Shown: positions 36,028 through 45,601 of the stretch, piece after piece
Numbering within the stretch: the stretch's first letter is position 1
How the letters are laid out: every line of letters begins with the position of its first letter
From: Patescibacteria group bacterium
GTDB lineage: Bacteria > Patescibacteriota > Minisyncoccia > Phycocordibacterales > SBAW01
Direction: 5' to 3'
DNA: 58,632 bases
NCBI GenBank assembly: GCA_019752125.1
Contig: JAIEMM010000005.1
Location: 1-58,632, forward strand
Notes under the pieces: model-generated
What the model was told of the DNA's origin: nothing
Databases searched by the model: none
Seen by the model: the letters and a program-made list of their open reading frames with translations, nothing else
Program-made: the position numbers and the translations under genes

Positions 36028-36746
36028 TATATTGAGATTACGCTTTCGAGCTTTTCAAACCACAGTTCGTACCCGTCTGATGATGGATGAAATCCATCTA
36101 TCGCTAGATATTTTTCAGGATCAGCCCGAAATGGGTCGATTGCTGGCGGTTCATACAAATTGATGTATGTAGCACCCTCCTTCGCGGCCATAGTGCCAAA
36201 TGCCTCATGAAAGCGCAAGGTGAGCTTTGTATACGATGGTCGTATAGGTTCTGGGAAAATTGTTGTAGCGCCGACATCTCCCGCAGACATTAGTATTGTT
36301 TTACTGCTGTGCTCAACTGCTGTGCGTACGCTTTCTGACAACACATCAGCTGTTTTATTAGGATCGTGAAAACGTACGATGTCATTGCCTCCAACCTGAA
36401 TCAAGATGACGTCGTAGTTTGCAAGTTTTGCATTTTCAAACTGTTTTTCTATGTCTGCAGCAACAGCACCCGACACTGCCCTATTTTCTACATAGCTTGC
36501 TCCCATAGAGACAGCTACCCGCCCCGCAACAGAATCTTCAGGGCGTGTAGCGCCCACACCTACACCAGTACTGTCACCCAACACAAGCAATGTTTTTGAG
36601 TAGTTATTGCTCAGCTGCGTATAGCACGTTGTCTCCCCTATGAGAGCCTGCGTAATTTGGTATTTTTGAAGAAAGACAACGCCCCAATACGTGAGCGGAG
36701 CCGCTGCGAGCATGAGGAGAAATACAATGAAAAACAGAGTTTTCAC
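36027..36746 (-). CDS. SGNH/GDSL hydrolase
   Basis: LGDSTGVG, GGND, DGFHP. Confidence 0.9.
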   Translation of the reverse strand: MKTLFFIVFLLMLAAAPLTYWGVVFLQKYQITQALIGETTCYTQLSNNYSKTLLVLGDSTGVGVGATRPEDSVAGRVAVSMGASYVENRAVSGAVAADIEKQFENAKLANYDVILIQVGGNDIVRFHDPNKTADVLSESVRTAVEHSSKTILMSAGDVGATTIFPEPIRPSYTKLTLRFHEAFGTMAAKEGATYINLYEPPAIDPFRADPEKYLAIDGFHPSSDGYELWFEKLESVISI

Positions 36747-36748
36747 AA

Positions 36749-37417
36749 CTATTGAGTCACCGTGACGCTTTTGATCACTACTGGTTCAAGAGGTCGGTCG
36801 CTTGAGTCTGTCTTCACTTTATTGATTACTTCTACAACGTCCATACCCTCTGTGACTTTTCCAAAGACCGTATACTTTCCATCGAGGAAATGGTTATCTA
36901 TTGCATTGATAAAGAATTGGCTGCCTGCAGAATTTGGCTGGCCAGTATTTGCCATCGCTATCGTACCTGCAAGGTTACCCATATTTGCTGAGATTTCGTC
37001 AGGAATGGTGTAGCCTGGGCCGCCTGTACCCCATCGTGCCTTTTGCGAATCATCTTTTGTAAGAGGGTCACCGGCTTGGTCCATAAAACCTTCTATGACT
37101 CGGTGGAATTTTACTCCATCATAAAAACCTTCCTGGGCAAGCTTTGTGAAATTCGCTACAGTTTGAGGTGCGATTGTCGCGAAGAGCATGAGTGAAATGT
37201 CGCCCTTGTTTGTGTGTAGTGTGACAGTCATAGGTTGATCTCGTATAACGTTAGGTTCAGTAGTTGATGCAATTTTTACCGTGCTCGTTGCCTGCGCTGC
37301 AGCAGGATCCTGAACAGGAGGCGTTCCTGATAAATACCAGTACCCTCCACTAAGCGCAAGCACCGCTGCCATAAGTCCAAATCCAATTCTCCACATATGC
37401 TCCAAATTATATCGCAC
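36749..37417 (-). CDS. Cyclophilin-type peptidyl-prolyl isomerase, membrane-anchored
   Basis: FHRVIEGFM, GTGGPGY, AMAN, GSQFFI, YTVFGKV; true start may be 37396. Confidence 0.92.
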   Translation of the reverse strand: MRYNLEHMWRIGFGLMAAVLALSGGYWYLSGTPPVQDPAAAQATSTVKIASTTEPNVIRDQPMTVTLHTNKGDISLMLFATIAPQTVANFTKLAQEGFYDGVKFHRVIEGFMDQAGDPLTKDDSQKARWGTGGPGYTIPDEISANMGNLAGTIAMANTGQPNSAGSQFFINAIDNHFLDGKYTVFGKVTEGMDVVEVINKVKTDSSDRPLEPVVIKSVTVTQ

Positions 37418-37505
37418 ATATATAGTGTAGACGAGACTCCTAGACTAAATTAATAAATATGGTATTTTGTCGAAGTAACGTAGTTCCTCTAGAGGGAGAG
37501 AGCCA

Positions 37506-37892
37506 GTGCTGAGAATATTGTTTGTGGAAGACGATACAGGTGTCCGTGAAGCTGCGTTGCGGATGCTTACCCGGCTTGGCCACACAGTGGTGGCTGTCGA
37601 TAAGGCAGAATTAGCCTTAATCGAATTGGGTCGCGGCACCTTCGACCTCATCCTCACCGACGACGACACTGGGTCGGACATGCGCGGCCGAGACGTGGTC
37701 AAGAAAATTCGTAGCGATCCGTTCTTTCGAGAAATTATGCATATCCCCATCATCATTCAGTCTGGCAACATCACTGAACAGGAGGTGTGCGCCCTGAAGG
37801 CTGTGTTCCTTCCCAAACCCTGGGGAGTGCAGCAGCTGAGAGACGCTCTCGACGCTGCTGTGCTAGAGCAGACAGGGTCGCTCTTTCGGTAG
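37506..37892 (+). CDS. Single-domain response regulator (receiver)
   Basis: ILFVEDD, DLILTD, IIIQSG, LPKPW. Confidence 0.8.
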   Translation: MLRILFVEDDTGVREAALRMLTRLGHTVVAVDKAELALIELGRGTFDLILTDDDTGSDMRGRDVVKKIRSDPFFREIMHIPIIIQSGNITEQEVCALKAVFLPKPWGVQQLRDALDAAVLEQTGSLFR

Positions 37893-37930
37893 CGACAAAA
37901 CAAAGGCGATCTTCGGATCGCCTTTTATTT

Positions 37931-38818
37931 TTACCAACTGCCTGATGAACCGCCACCACCTGATGAGCCTCCCCCGAACCCACCAAACCCTCCGCCCGAG
38001 CGGCCACCCCCACCAAATCCACCTCCTCCTATCCACCATGGAATATGAGCCCCTGTAGCTTTTGCTGCGGTGTAATATTTTGAAACAATATAATCGAGCA
38101 ACAAACCGAACCCTATTAAGACCACCGTCATCAACCCTCCCCACACAAGTGCGAAACTGAATACGGCCCACACCCCCACGCCCAATACCCCACCCACAAC
38201 TCCTCCCGCCCACCACGACTTACTTCGTGCCAACACGGCAGCAACCCACTGCAGTATAAAGAACACTGCGAAGAAGATAACTTCGACGGTGTTTCCAGAA
38301 AATGGGAATGAGGATTTTTGTTCAGTAGCTGTATATTCGTTTTGTGTCGCTGCTTCGATGTTATGAACTGCTTGTATCACACCTTCATCAAAAGCCCCTG
38401 CTTTGAGATTTGGAGTGAGGTCGTTATTGATGATGCTCTGTGCGACGCTGTCTGGCAGTGCGCCTTCAAGACCGTACCCAACTTCAATTCGAATTTTATG
38501 TTCTTCTACTGCAAGCAATAGGAGCACGCCATTGTCTTTATCTTTTTTTCCGATTTTCCACTCTTGAAACAGTTTCTCTGCATAATTCTCAACATAATCC
38601 CCACCCATATTTGGAACGGTGACAACGGCAATTTGGTTTGACGTAGACGCTTCAAACTGCTGAAGCTCGGTATTAAGATTCTGCACGGTCTCTGTAGAGA
38701 GGACATGTGCAAAGTCGTTTACATAACCAGTTGGATTCCCTGGTGACGAATACGCAAAAGCCGGCGTCGCATAGAACGCCGCAACAAATGCTAGCGCTAT
38801 GACGAGCCGGCTTTTCAT
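37931..38818 (-). CDS. TPM-domain protein (YgcG-like)
   Basis: VNDFAHVL, WKIGKKDKDNGVLLL, RIEVGYGLEG, Gly-rich C-tail ending in W. Confidence 0.92.
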   Translation of the reverse strand: MKSRLVIALAFVAAFYATPAFAYSSPGNPTGYVNDFAHVLSTETVQNLNTELQQFEASTSNQIAVVTVPNMGGDYVENYAEKLFQEWKIGKKDKDNGVLLLLAVEEHKIRIEVGYGLEGALPDSVAQSIINNDLTPNLKAGAFDEGVIQAVHNIEAATQNEYTATEQKSSFPFSGNTVEVIFFAVFFILQWVAAVLARSKSWWAGGVVGGVLGVGVWAVFSFALVWGGLMTVVLIGFGLLLDYIVSKYYTAAKATGAHIPWWIGGGGFGGGGRSGGGFGGFGGGSSGGGGSSGSW

Positions 38819-38819
38819 A

Positions 38820-39395
38820 TTAGAGGTTTACCGTAGGAGGAGTTTCTGTGCCTTCCTGAGCTTTGAAGAGTTCGCGTGTATGGAAGCCAAACATTTTTGC
38901 TACGAGCGAACCTGGGACCATCTGTACACTCGCGTTGTAGCTTGCAACCATATCGTTGTAACGCATGCGCTCAACCGCAACACGATTTTCCGTACCAGCA
39001 AGCTCTGCCATCAAACCCTGCACCGTATCAATAGATTTGAGCTGAGGATAGTTTTCCATCACCACAAGCAAGCGAGCAAGCGAGCCTTCAACTTGAGACG
39101 CTGCTGCAGCCTGCGCATCTGGAGTTTTTGCACCTGCGTACTGTGTACGTGCCTGTGCGATTGCATCAAACACGGTCTTCTCTTGTGTCATTGCACCCTT
39201 AACTGAATTTACGAGGTTGGGAATAAGATCAAAGCGGCGCTGGTATTGAGACTCTACCTGTGCCCACTGCTGGTCTACAGCAATATTTGCCTTAACCAAA
39301 CCATTATATTTCGCGAGTCCGTAGAGCAGAACAAGTGCGAGAACAACAATACTAATTATTGGCCACGTAAGCCATTTCTTAAATGAGTTTTCCAT
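38820..39395 (-). CDS. lemA: LemA family protein
   Basis: QYQRRFDLIPNLV, ENYPQLK, GTENRVAVERMRYN. Confidence 0.95.
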   Translation of the reverse strand: MENSFKKWLTWPIISIVVLALVLLYGLAKYNGLVKANIAVDQQWAQVESQYQRRFDLIPNLVNSVKGAMTQEKTVFDAIAQARTQYAGAKTPDAQAAAASQVEGSLARLLVVMENYPQLKSIDTVQGLMAELAGTENRVAVERMRYNDMVASYNASVQMVPGSLVAKMFGFHTRELFKAQEGTETPPTVNL

Positions 39396-39419
39396 ACTGC
39401 AATTATAGAGTCCTTTGGC

Positions 39420-40130
39420 CTATATTCCAAGCCCACCCAAAAACTTGCCCGCAGCAAAGGTAATCACCATCGCCACCGTACCACCCGCCAAGACACGCGC
39501 TATTGCTTTAAATTTATTTGCCCCACCTGCATAGGCGCTCAAGAAGCCAGTGACGATAAGAACAAAGAACACTGCGGCCAACATAACAGGGATACGGTAG
39601 CCAGCAGGGGCAAGCATGACAATGGCGAGGGGGATGATTGCACCCACAAAGAAGGCGCCCGCGGAAGCGACTCCTGCATGTAGAGGGTTAGCAAGTTCAT
39701 GTTGATCTATTTTTAATTCTGCTTCAACATGCGCTGCAAATGCATCGTGCGCGGTTAATTCTTCTGCAACCTTAAGTGCAGTTTCCCTACTTAAACCTTT
39801 TGATTCGTAAATGTGTGCAAGTTCTTCCAGCTCTTCTTCCGGTTGGGTTTCAAGTTCCCTACGCTCCTTTTCCAAAAGCGCTCTCTCTGTATCACGCTGG
39901 GTACTGACAGATACATATTCTCCCGCCGCCATCGACAGCGCACCTGCAACAAGACCAGCTACACCTGCAGTTAAAATAAATGCTCTAGAGTCGGAAGCGC
40001 CGGCAACACCAACAATGATAGAAGAAACGGATACAACGCCGTCTTGAGCGCCAAGTACTGCCGCGCGTAGCCAATTGAGCTTACTACTCACCCCAACATT
40101 TGATTCAAAATGCAAATTGTCCATATACAA
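39420..40130 (-). CDS. VIT1/CCC1 family metal transporter
   Basis: WLRAAVLGAQDG, SMAAGEYVSVSTQRD. Confidence 0.93.
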   Translation of the reverse strand: MYMDNLHFESNVGVSSKLNWLRAAVLGAQDGVVSVSSIIVGVAGASDSRAFILTAGVAGLVAGALSMAAGEYVSVSTQRDTERALLEKERRELETQPEEELEELAHIYESKGLSRETALKVAEELTAHDAFAAHVEAELKIDQHELANPLHAGVASAGAFFVGAIIPLAIVMLAPAGYRIPVMLAAVFFVLIVTGFLSAYAGGANKFKAIARVLAGGTVAMVITFAAGKFLGGLGI

Positions 40131-40138
40131 TAAGTTTA

Positions 40139-40645
40139 CTACATCTCTTCAGATTTAATTTTCTCGATAAGAGGACCTTGCGTGCAAGAGAACGTGAAGC
40201 CGTTGATGTCCACGTTGTGAGTAGTGTGATGTGGGCGCTCAATTTTTACCACAGTAGCTCCCCCACGCTCTAGATGAGCCACCATTTCGTCATACGTTAT
40301 CTGCGTTCCATACACCTCAATATGGTCGTATGAGTCGATTTGGGAATTATCAGGTTTTTGATCTGAAAGTTCTATGAACCACGTCGGTCCGAGCGCTGTT
40401 TCAATTGGTTGTTTCAACTTTATATACGCAATGCGACGCCCGGAAATAATCGTTTGATGGATATATTCACCTGCCCATTCAAACATTGCCCGCATCGCTT
40501 CAAAAGACTCGTGAGACCCGCACTTATAACAGAGATGGTCTGGTGCTGTTTTTCCTACCAAACCATGGCTTTCGGCAAATGTATTGAATAGGGCAATGGA
40601 AAATTCTGCGCCTTTAAAAAACTCATCGATTGTTTTAGGATACAT
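40139..40645 (-). CDS. YecM-like VOC family protein
   Basis: DHLCYKC, ISGRRI, IEL, DHIE. Confidence 0.7.
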   Translation of the reverse strand: MYPKTIDEFFKGAEFSIALFNTFAESHGLVGKTAPDHLCYKCGSHESFEAMRAMFEWAGEYIHQTIISGRRIAYIKLKQPIETALGPTWFIELSDQKPDNSQIDSYDHIEVYGTQITYDEMVAHLERGGATVVKIERPHHTTHNVDINGFTFSCTQGPLIEKIKSEEM

Positions 40646-40650
40646 ATATT

Positions 40651-41652
40651 GTGAATTATAAACTGCTTCTCATAGGTGGCATGTTAGTTGGGTTTATCGC
40701 AGGAGGAGCCAGTGTATGGGTATATACGGGTGGAACGAGCGCCGAAACATATATTCCACCCCTTCGTCTCAAGGGACAGTATGCGCTTGTGTCTCCCATC
40801 CTTGCCTGCCAAGCACCCAACTATAATTCCACCCCCGAAAACAGATCTCTTGAACAAAAACTCCAGGCTGTTATTGATTCAGACAAGAGTGCGGGTAAGG
40901 CTTCTGAGGCTTCTGTATACGCTATACAGTTCAATACAGGTATCTGGGCTGGCGTACATGAAAACGAACTGTACGCTCCTGCAAGCATGAACAAGGTTCC
41001 CTTACTCATTGCCTACTTGGAACTTGCGCACGAACAGCCATCAATTTTGCGAAAAGAAGTTTTGTATAGTGGACCACGAGCGGGTACTACTAACGATGAA
41101 GAAACAGTTGCCCTTATGGTCCCCGGAAAAACATACACGATCCAAGATCTTCTCTATCGACTTATTGTCTATTCTGACAACGACGCAAAAGATTACCTAC
41201 ACGACTTTATAAACCAGCAACTTGTAGATTACGTGTACAGCGATTTCGGTCTGCCTGTACCTGACGTACATGACACGGGCGATTCTCTATCTCCAAAACA
41301 ATATTCGTTCTTTTTCCGCACACTATATAACTCAACATATCTAGACCCAGAGATGTCAGAGTTGGCTCTAGAATTATTGAGTAAGACAACGTTCACGCAA
41401 GGGTTGGTTGCGGGTGTCGCCACAAGCGATATGGCAACGACGACAGTAGCGCACAAATTTGGCCTTCGCGTTTTCCCTTCGCCTCAAACGGACCAGAACA
41501 ATATCACGCAAGAACTAAGCGACTGCGGCATTGTATACACAAGCCCCAACCCATACTTTATCTGTGTCATGACAAAGGGTTGGAATACAGTTGACCTAGA
41601 ATCAACCATTGCGGATGTGTCTCGTGCGGCATATCAATACTTCGCACAATAA
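40651..41652 (+). CDS. Class A beta-lactamase-related serine hydrolase
   Basis: ASMNKVP (SxxK), YSDND (SDN), AHKFG. Confidence 0.85.
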   Translation: MNYKLLLIGGMLVGFIAGGASVWVYTGGTSAETYIPPLRLKGQYALVSPILACQAPNYNSTPENRSLEQKLQAVIDSDKSAGKASEASVYAIQFNTGIWAGVHENELYAPASMNKVPLLIAYLELAHEQPSILRKEVLYSGPRAGTTNDEETVALMVPGKTYTIQDLLYRLIVYSDNDAKDYLHDFINQQLVDYVYSDFGLPVPDVHDTGDSLSPKQYSFFFRTLYNSTYLDPEMSELALELLSKTTFTQGLVAGVATSDMATTTVAHKFGLRVFPSPQTDQNNITQELSDCGIVYTSPNPYFICVMTKGWNTVDLESTIADVSRAAYQYFAQ

Positions 41653-41690
41653 AAGAAAAGCCGCCCAGGAATGCTGAGCGGCGCCGACTA

Positions 41691-42485
41691 TTACGAACGT
41701 ATTGCGTCGATGAGACCGAATGTAAGGGCTTCCTGGGCCGTCATGTCGGCCTCCTTGTCACAGGCCAACTCAATCTCATGAGCACTACGCTTTGTGCGCT
41801 TCATCATGATTTTTTCGATCTGCCTCTCGTTTGGCTCAGCAAAAAAAAGCATCTTTTCGATTTGACTTCGGTCCTTCAAGGTCTTGAGCGTGACATCCTT
41901 GTACCTTGTATGATGGATGAGAATTTTTGCATGAGGAGAGGCCTCCCGATGATCGCACGCTTGGAGTATCACCGCTGCCATAGAGCGTGCGTAATTGAGA
42001 ACCACTCCGACACGTCTACGAACGCGGGCGCCGCGAATATAATCGTAGATCTCAAGTCCTACTCGCGTCTGTCCACCATCACTCTCGATCCTAAATTCAA
42101 GCGTGTCGGTATTTCCAGTTTCTTCGGCAATAGTGAGCAGCTTGCGTATGCGCACGCCCATTTCTTCGTCCACAGAACCGGAGATGATGATGATTCCTTG
42201 GCGCGCAAAGCCTTCAGGATTTTCAGGCTGCCGATTGAATCGAGTCATCTCTGCATCTTCAGGAAGAGTGCATGTAACACAGCCCTCCTTAAATGGGCAG
42301 GCCCCACCACACCATTTACGTGGGTTACCATCAAACGGACGACGGAAACCCTCGGGCTCGCCATCGTTCAATGACTTACACCTAAGCGCGTGCTCAAGCG
42401 CCCACCGCTCTCCTCTCATCAGAGCCACTGCATATTCTGGATTGAGTGCGAGAAGCGCATCGGTATCGACTACCTTTTTGGTCAT
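41691..42485 (-). CDS. Divergent ClpP-like protease with Cys-rich N-terminal domain
   Basis: IESDGG, ARSMAAVIL, ILIHH, MTAQEALTFGLID; GAGG RBS before ATG 42485. Confidence 0.75.
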   Translation of the reverse strand: MTKKVVDTDALLALNPEYAVALMRGERWALEHALRCKSLNDGEPEGFRRPFDGNPRKWCGGACPFKEGCVTCTLPEDAEMTRFNRQPENPEGFARQGIIIISGSVDEEMGVRIRKLLTIAEETGNTDTLEFRIESDGGQTRVGLEIYDYIRGARVRRRVGVVLNYARSMAAVILQACDHREASPHAKILIHHTRYKDVTLKTLKDRSQIEKMLFFAEPNERQIEKIMMKRTKRSAHEIELACDKEADMTAQEALTFGLIDAIRS

Positions 42486-42544
42486 AGACCACCTCACGTA
42501 TGTGCTGAAATTCTAAAAGAGATACTACAATAAAAATTATAGAA

Positions 42545-42588
42545 GTCTAATGGCAAGACAGCGGCCCTTGAAGCCGTTAATTGGGGTT
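42545..42588 (+). pseudogene. Degenerate internal fragment of tRNA-Gln
   Basis: 41/44 identical to 42880-42923; no acceptor stem, incomplete T-arm, U33 replaced by C. Confidence 0.75.
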
Positions 42589-42616
42589 AGAAAAAGAAAA
42601 AGCGGCACTAAGGCCG

Positions 42617-42787
42617 CTAGAATTGTTTCGGAATTATGCCACAGCAAGTGCAGCGCACCGACAAAGGCCACACTTCGAGCGAAAATTCCTCCTCTTCAGG
42701 AGTTAGCTTCTCGCCACGGTGTATTTTGTCATGGACACGCTTAGTCTCATTAAGCTGCTCAGAAAGCTCCTGAAAGGTCATTGCCAT
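42617..42787 (-). CDS. Small hypothetical protein (C-terminal CxCC)
   Basis: GGAGG RBS; terminator AGCGGC-ACTAAG-GCCGCT plus U-tract at ~42591-42618. Confidence 0.5.
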   Translation of the reverse strand: MAMTFQELSEQLNETKRVHDKIHRGEKLTPEEEEFSLEVWPLSVRCTCCGIIPKQF

Positions 42788-42870
42788 CGCTCTCCCCTCC
42801 AATCTAATTTCTTCCTATATCTAATCACCAATTCGCAATATCTTCAATTTTTGATATTCTCTGTATGTAT

Positions 42871-42941
42871 TGCCCGATCGTCTAATGGTAGGACAGCGGC
42901 CTTTGAAGCCGTTAATTGGGGTTCGAATCCCTGTCGGGCAG
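42871..42941 (+). tRNA. tRNA-Gln(TTG)
   Basis: TGCCCGATCGTCTAATGGTAGGACAGCGGCCTTTGAAGCCGTTAATTGGGGTTCGAATCCCTGTCGGGCAG cloverleaf. Confidence 0.95.
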
Positions 42942-42947
42942 CAGAAT

Positions 42948-43280
42948 ATGAATGAGTTTGAAAATGAGAATATTTTTGTCGGACCTTCGCAAATTGAGGG
43001 TCTGGGCGTTTTTGCAAAACGAAATTTTGTGAAAGGAGAAACAGTGTTGAGATGGAACCCAAAAGCTTTGACGGAGCAGGAATTCAAAAATATTCCCCCT
43101 GAACAAAAGCGATACCTTTTTAAACTTGAAAATGGAATAAACGTTCTTATGCAAAGCCCAGAGAAATTTGTTAATAGCTCCGATAGCCCAAACACCCACA
43201 CTGTTGGCCAATCAGATGTTGCGATACGAGACATAAAAGTTGGGGAAGAAATCACAAGCAACTATCCGCTTGGGGATTGA
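42948..43280 (+). CDS. SET-domain protein
   Basis: SQIEGLGVFAKR, FVNSSDSPN, AIRDIKVGEEITSNY. Confidence 0.85.
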   Translation: MNEFENENIFVGPSQIEGLGVFAKRNFVKGETVLRWNPKALTEQEFKNIPPEQKRYLFKLENGINVLMQSPEKFVNSSDSPNTHTVGQSDVAIRDIKVGEEITSNYPLGD

Positions 43281-43308
43281 AATTCGCTCGTTTGTTATAG
43301 TTATTTTA

Positions 43309-43635
43309 ATGCTTGAAGGAACTATAGTTGAAAACAGTCTGGATGACAGAGCTGTATTAGATAGTCTAGAAATTCTACGAAGTTGGACGGATGAAGACTG
43401 GAAACTACACCAAGTCCGCACGACAAGAGAGACTGCCCTTGGGCTTGCAGACCATCTTGTGGAAGGGCCTTGGTACGTACATTTTTGGGAACGCGGGAAA
43501 GACGATGTCCTTGTTGTCTTCAAACACAAAATCTTTGATATACAGCATTCAGATAAATCAACATGGAAAGATGCTGTTGCCTACGGCAAATCTATAGGCA
43601 TCCCTGAGGAACAATTAGATTTTTTGATTGATTAA
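43309..43635 (+). CDS. Hypothetical protein
   Basis: IVENSL...PWYVHFW...AVAYGKSIGIPEEQLDF looks like a conserved-hypothetical pattern. Confidence 0.7.
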   Translation: MLEGTIVENSLDDRAVLDSLEILRSWTDEDWKLHQVRTTRETALGLADHLVEGPWYVHFWERGKDDVLVVFKHKIFDIQHSDKSTWKDAVAYGKSIGIPEEQLDFLID

Positions 43636-43679
43636 AGTTCCAACTTCGTACCACACACCCAGCAGCGTATAATTAAAGT

Positions 43680-44042
43680 ATGAAAAAAGAGCTGAATCTT
43701 GTAAAAGAATTTCATGAGAAATTCCACCAACCTGTATTGAACAAGGCTTCTCTTATTCCCTCCGACCGATCAGATAATCGGTACCGCCTTATGAAGGATG
43801 AAGTTGAGGAATATCTTATAGGTGTTCATAATGGAGATATAGAGAATGTTGCAAAAGAACTTTCAGATATCTTATACGCAGTATACGGAACAATCCTCGA
43901 GCATGGCCTTCAGGACAAAATGGAAGATGTATTTACGGAAGTACATCGCTCAAACATGAGTAAGGATTACGATGAGTACAAGATGGTTAAAGGTTCAAAT
44001 TATTTCAAAGCTGATATCAAGAAGGTTCTAGGGTCTCAATAA
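43680..44042 (+). CDS. MazG-like/PRA-PH nucleotide pyrophosphohydrolase
   Basis: VKEFH, DEVEEY, KELSDILYAVYG, EVHRSNMSK. Confidence 0.85.
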   Translation: MKKELNLVKEFHEKFHQPVLNKASLIPSDRSDNRYRLMKDEVEEYLIGVHNGDIENVAKELSDILYAVYGTILEHGLQDKMEDVFTEVHRSNMSKDYDEYKMVKGSNYFKADIKKVLGSQ

Positions 44043-44383
44043 AAGTTCCAGTGAGGTCTAGCAAACATTAGAACACATTTTTGCAATTTAATTGGTGTCA
44101 GACACCAATTCTGAGGATGCATCAGCTTGTATGCCTCATACAAAGGCTTCTGAAACTCATCGTGCCCGAAGTAATCTTTTCCTTTACTGGCGTACAGCTC
44201 CTGCAACTGTGAAGCCATCTGAGCGAATTCGGGAGACGAGATGCAGTGTTTGTACGCATCACAGGCATCGCGAAACAAATCTCCTATTTCATGCTCACCG
44301 GGTTTGCCAACGAAACGCATATAGAAGTTATTTTGACGTCGCTTGAACTCGTCAAAATCCAGAAGCGGATCTTGATTTTTCAT
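44036..44383 (-). CDS. Hypothetical protein (ORFan; C-terminus runs through a palindrome)
   Basis: AGGAG RBS; 115-aa ORF. Confidence 0.5.
   Translation of the reverse strand: MKNQDPLLDFDEFKRRQNNFYMRFVGKPGEHEIGDLFRDACDAYKHCISSPEFAQMASQLQELYASKGKDYFGHDEFQKPLYEAYKLMHPQNWCLTPIKLQKCVLMFARPHWNFY
44090..44110. repeat. REP-like palindrome AATTGGTGTC-A-GACACCAATT
   Basis: Perfect 10-bp arms. Confidence 0.6.
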
Positions 44384-44489
44384 AGCACGACTCCTCTGTG
44401 TCGTTTTGCTCTGGACAACATCCTACCACAGTTGATGACTTTTTAATGTAAACAGTGTAAATTCTTTTTGGAACAGAGGGGATATCCGC

Positions 44490-45014
44490 ATGGATCAAGA
44501 TATGGAAAGTGCTATTCGTTTTTACGAAGAAACGCGGGCCGGAAGCTTTGGGCGCCAGGCCCATCACCACTTTATGGAAGCGATGAAGCAGGGCTATGCC
44601 GCTACACCCACTAAGGGCACGTTGGCCGAACTCCCTGGTTCAAAGACCATCGAGTATGTCCACGGGAAGTGGCGCACCATCGACACTTATATCGTCACGC
44701 CGAACAGCTCATACAGTGGCGGCATGACGATGTTGTACTACGGACCTCTCCCAGTGTTCGTGATGCAGTACGCTGGCTACTACGAGGGACGAGCGATCCA
44801 TTGTCTGAAAGCCGCGCTGAAGCATACCTACGATGCCGGCAAGTTCAACGGCGGCCGAGGTCCAGGTCTTTTTTCGTTAGCGGGATTCACCTACGTCAAT
44901 CACGTGGAACATAGCGACTTCTTCGGTCTATCCCGGGGTAAAGAGTGGATCTGCGATATGTCGGGCAACACCATCGGTTGGCACGTGTATCAGTCAACCT
45001 ACATGCTCGAGTAA
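44490..45014 (+). CDS. Hypothetical protein, DUF5680-like
   Basis: W..IDTY, MQYAGYY, LKAAL, GGRGP, G.E.I pattern; terminator at 45024-45053. Confidence 0.55.
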   Translation: MDQDMESAIRFYEETRAGSFGRQAHHHFMEAMKQGYAATPTKGTLAELPGSKTIEYVHGKWRTIDTYIVTPNSSYSGGMTMLYYGPLPVFVMQYAGYYEGRAIHCLKAALKHTYDAGKFNGGRGPGLFSLAGFTYVNHVEHSDFFGLSRGKEWICDMSGNTIGWHVYQSTYMLE

Positions 45015-45054
45015 GCAATCGTATAGGCCGCCAATCGGCGGCCTATTTCTTTTC

Positions 45055-45540
45055 CTAAATCTCTCCCCCTTTGCGTGCCGCATCGATAGCAGCAACGTCG
45101 ATCTTTTTCATTGTCATCATTGCATCGAATGCGCGCTTTGCTTCTTCCCCACCCACGGCAAGCGCCTCTGTAAGGGTGCGCGGCGTGATCTGCCAAGAGA
45201 GTCCCCATTTATCCTTACACCAACCACACTCGCTCTCTTGCCCGCCATTTCCCACAATTGCGTTCCAATAACGATCTGTCTCTTCTTGATTGTCTGTTGC
45301 GATCTGGAAAGAAAATGCCTCGCTTTGTTTAAACACTGGGCCACCATTAAGACCCATACAAGGAATCCCGCAGACGGTGAATTCAACCGTCAGCACATCA
45401 CCTGCCTTGCCGCCTGGAAAATCACTCGGCGCCTTAAATACATTGGTTACTTTGCTGTCTGGGAAGGTTGCTGCGTAAAAATTTGCCGCTTCTTCTGCGC
45501 CCTTATCAAACCAAAGACAAATTGTGTTTTTAGATATCAT
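45055..45540 (-). CDS. VOC/PhnB (3-demethylubiquinone-9 3-methyltransferase-like) family protein
   Basis: CLWFD, LNGGP, AFSFQI, CGWCKDKWGLSWQI. Confidence 0.92.
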   Translation of the reverse strand: MISKNTICLWFDKGAEEAANFYAATFPDSKVTNVFKAPSDFPGGKAGDVLTVEFTVCGIPCMGLNGGPVFKQSEAFSFQIATDNQEETDRYWNAIVGNGGQESECGWCKDKWGLSWQITPRTLTEALAVGGEEAKRAFDAMMTMKKIDVAAIDAARKGGEI

Positions 45541-45601
45541 GGTTGTTATTTTATAGCGACTTGCGGCAATGTACAAAACGATCACTGGTATACTTTAAGA
45601 G

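Noticed and set aside
37935-38035. GGN-rich low-complexity tract as a repeat element
   Set aside because: Normal Gly-rich C-terminal tail of TPM-domain proteins.
42550-42947. Shared peptide QRPLKPLIGVR in ORFs 42550 and 42870 suggesting a gene duplication
   Set aside because: It is the translation of tRNA-Gln and its fragment; the SET gene starts at 42948.
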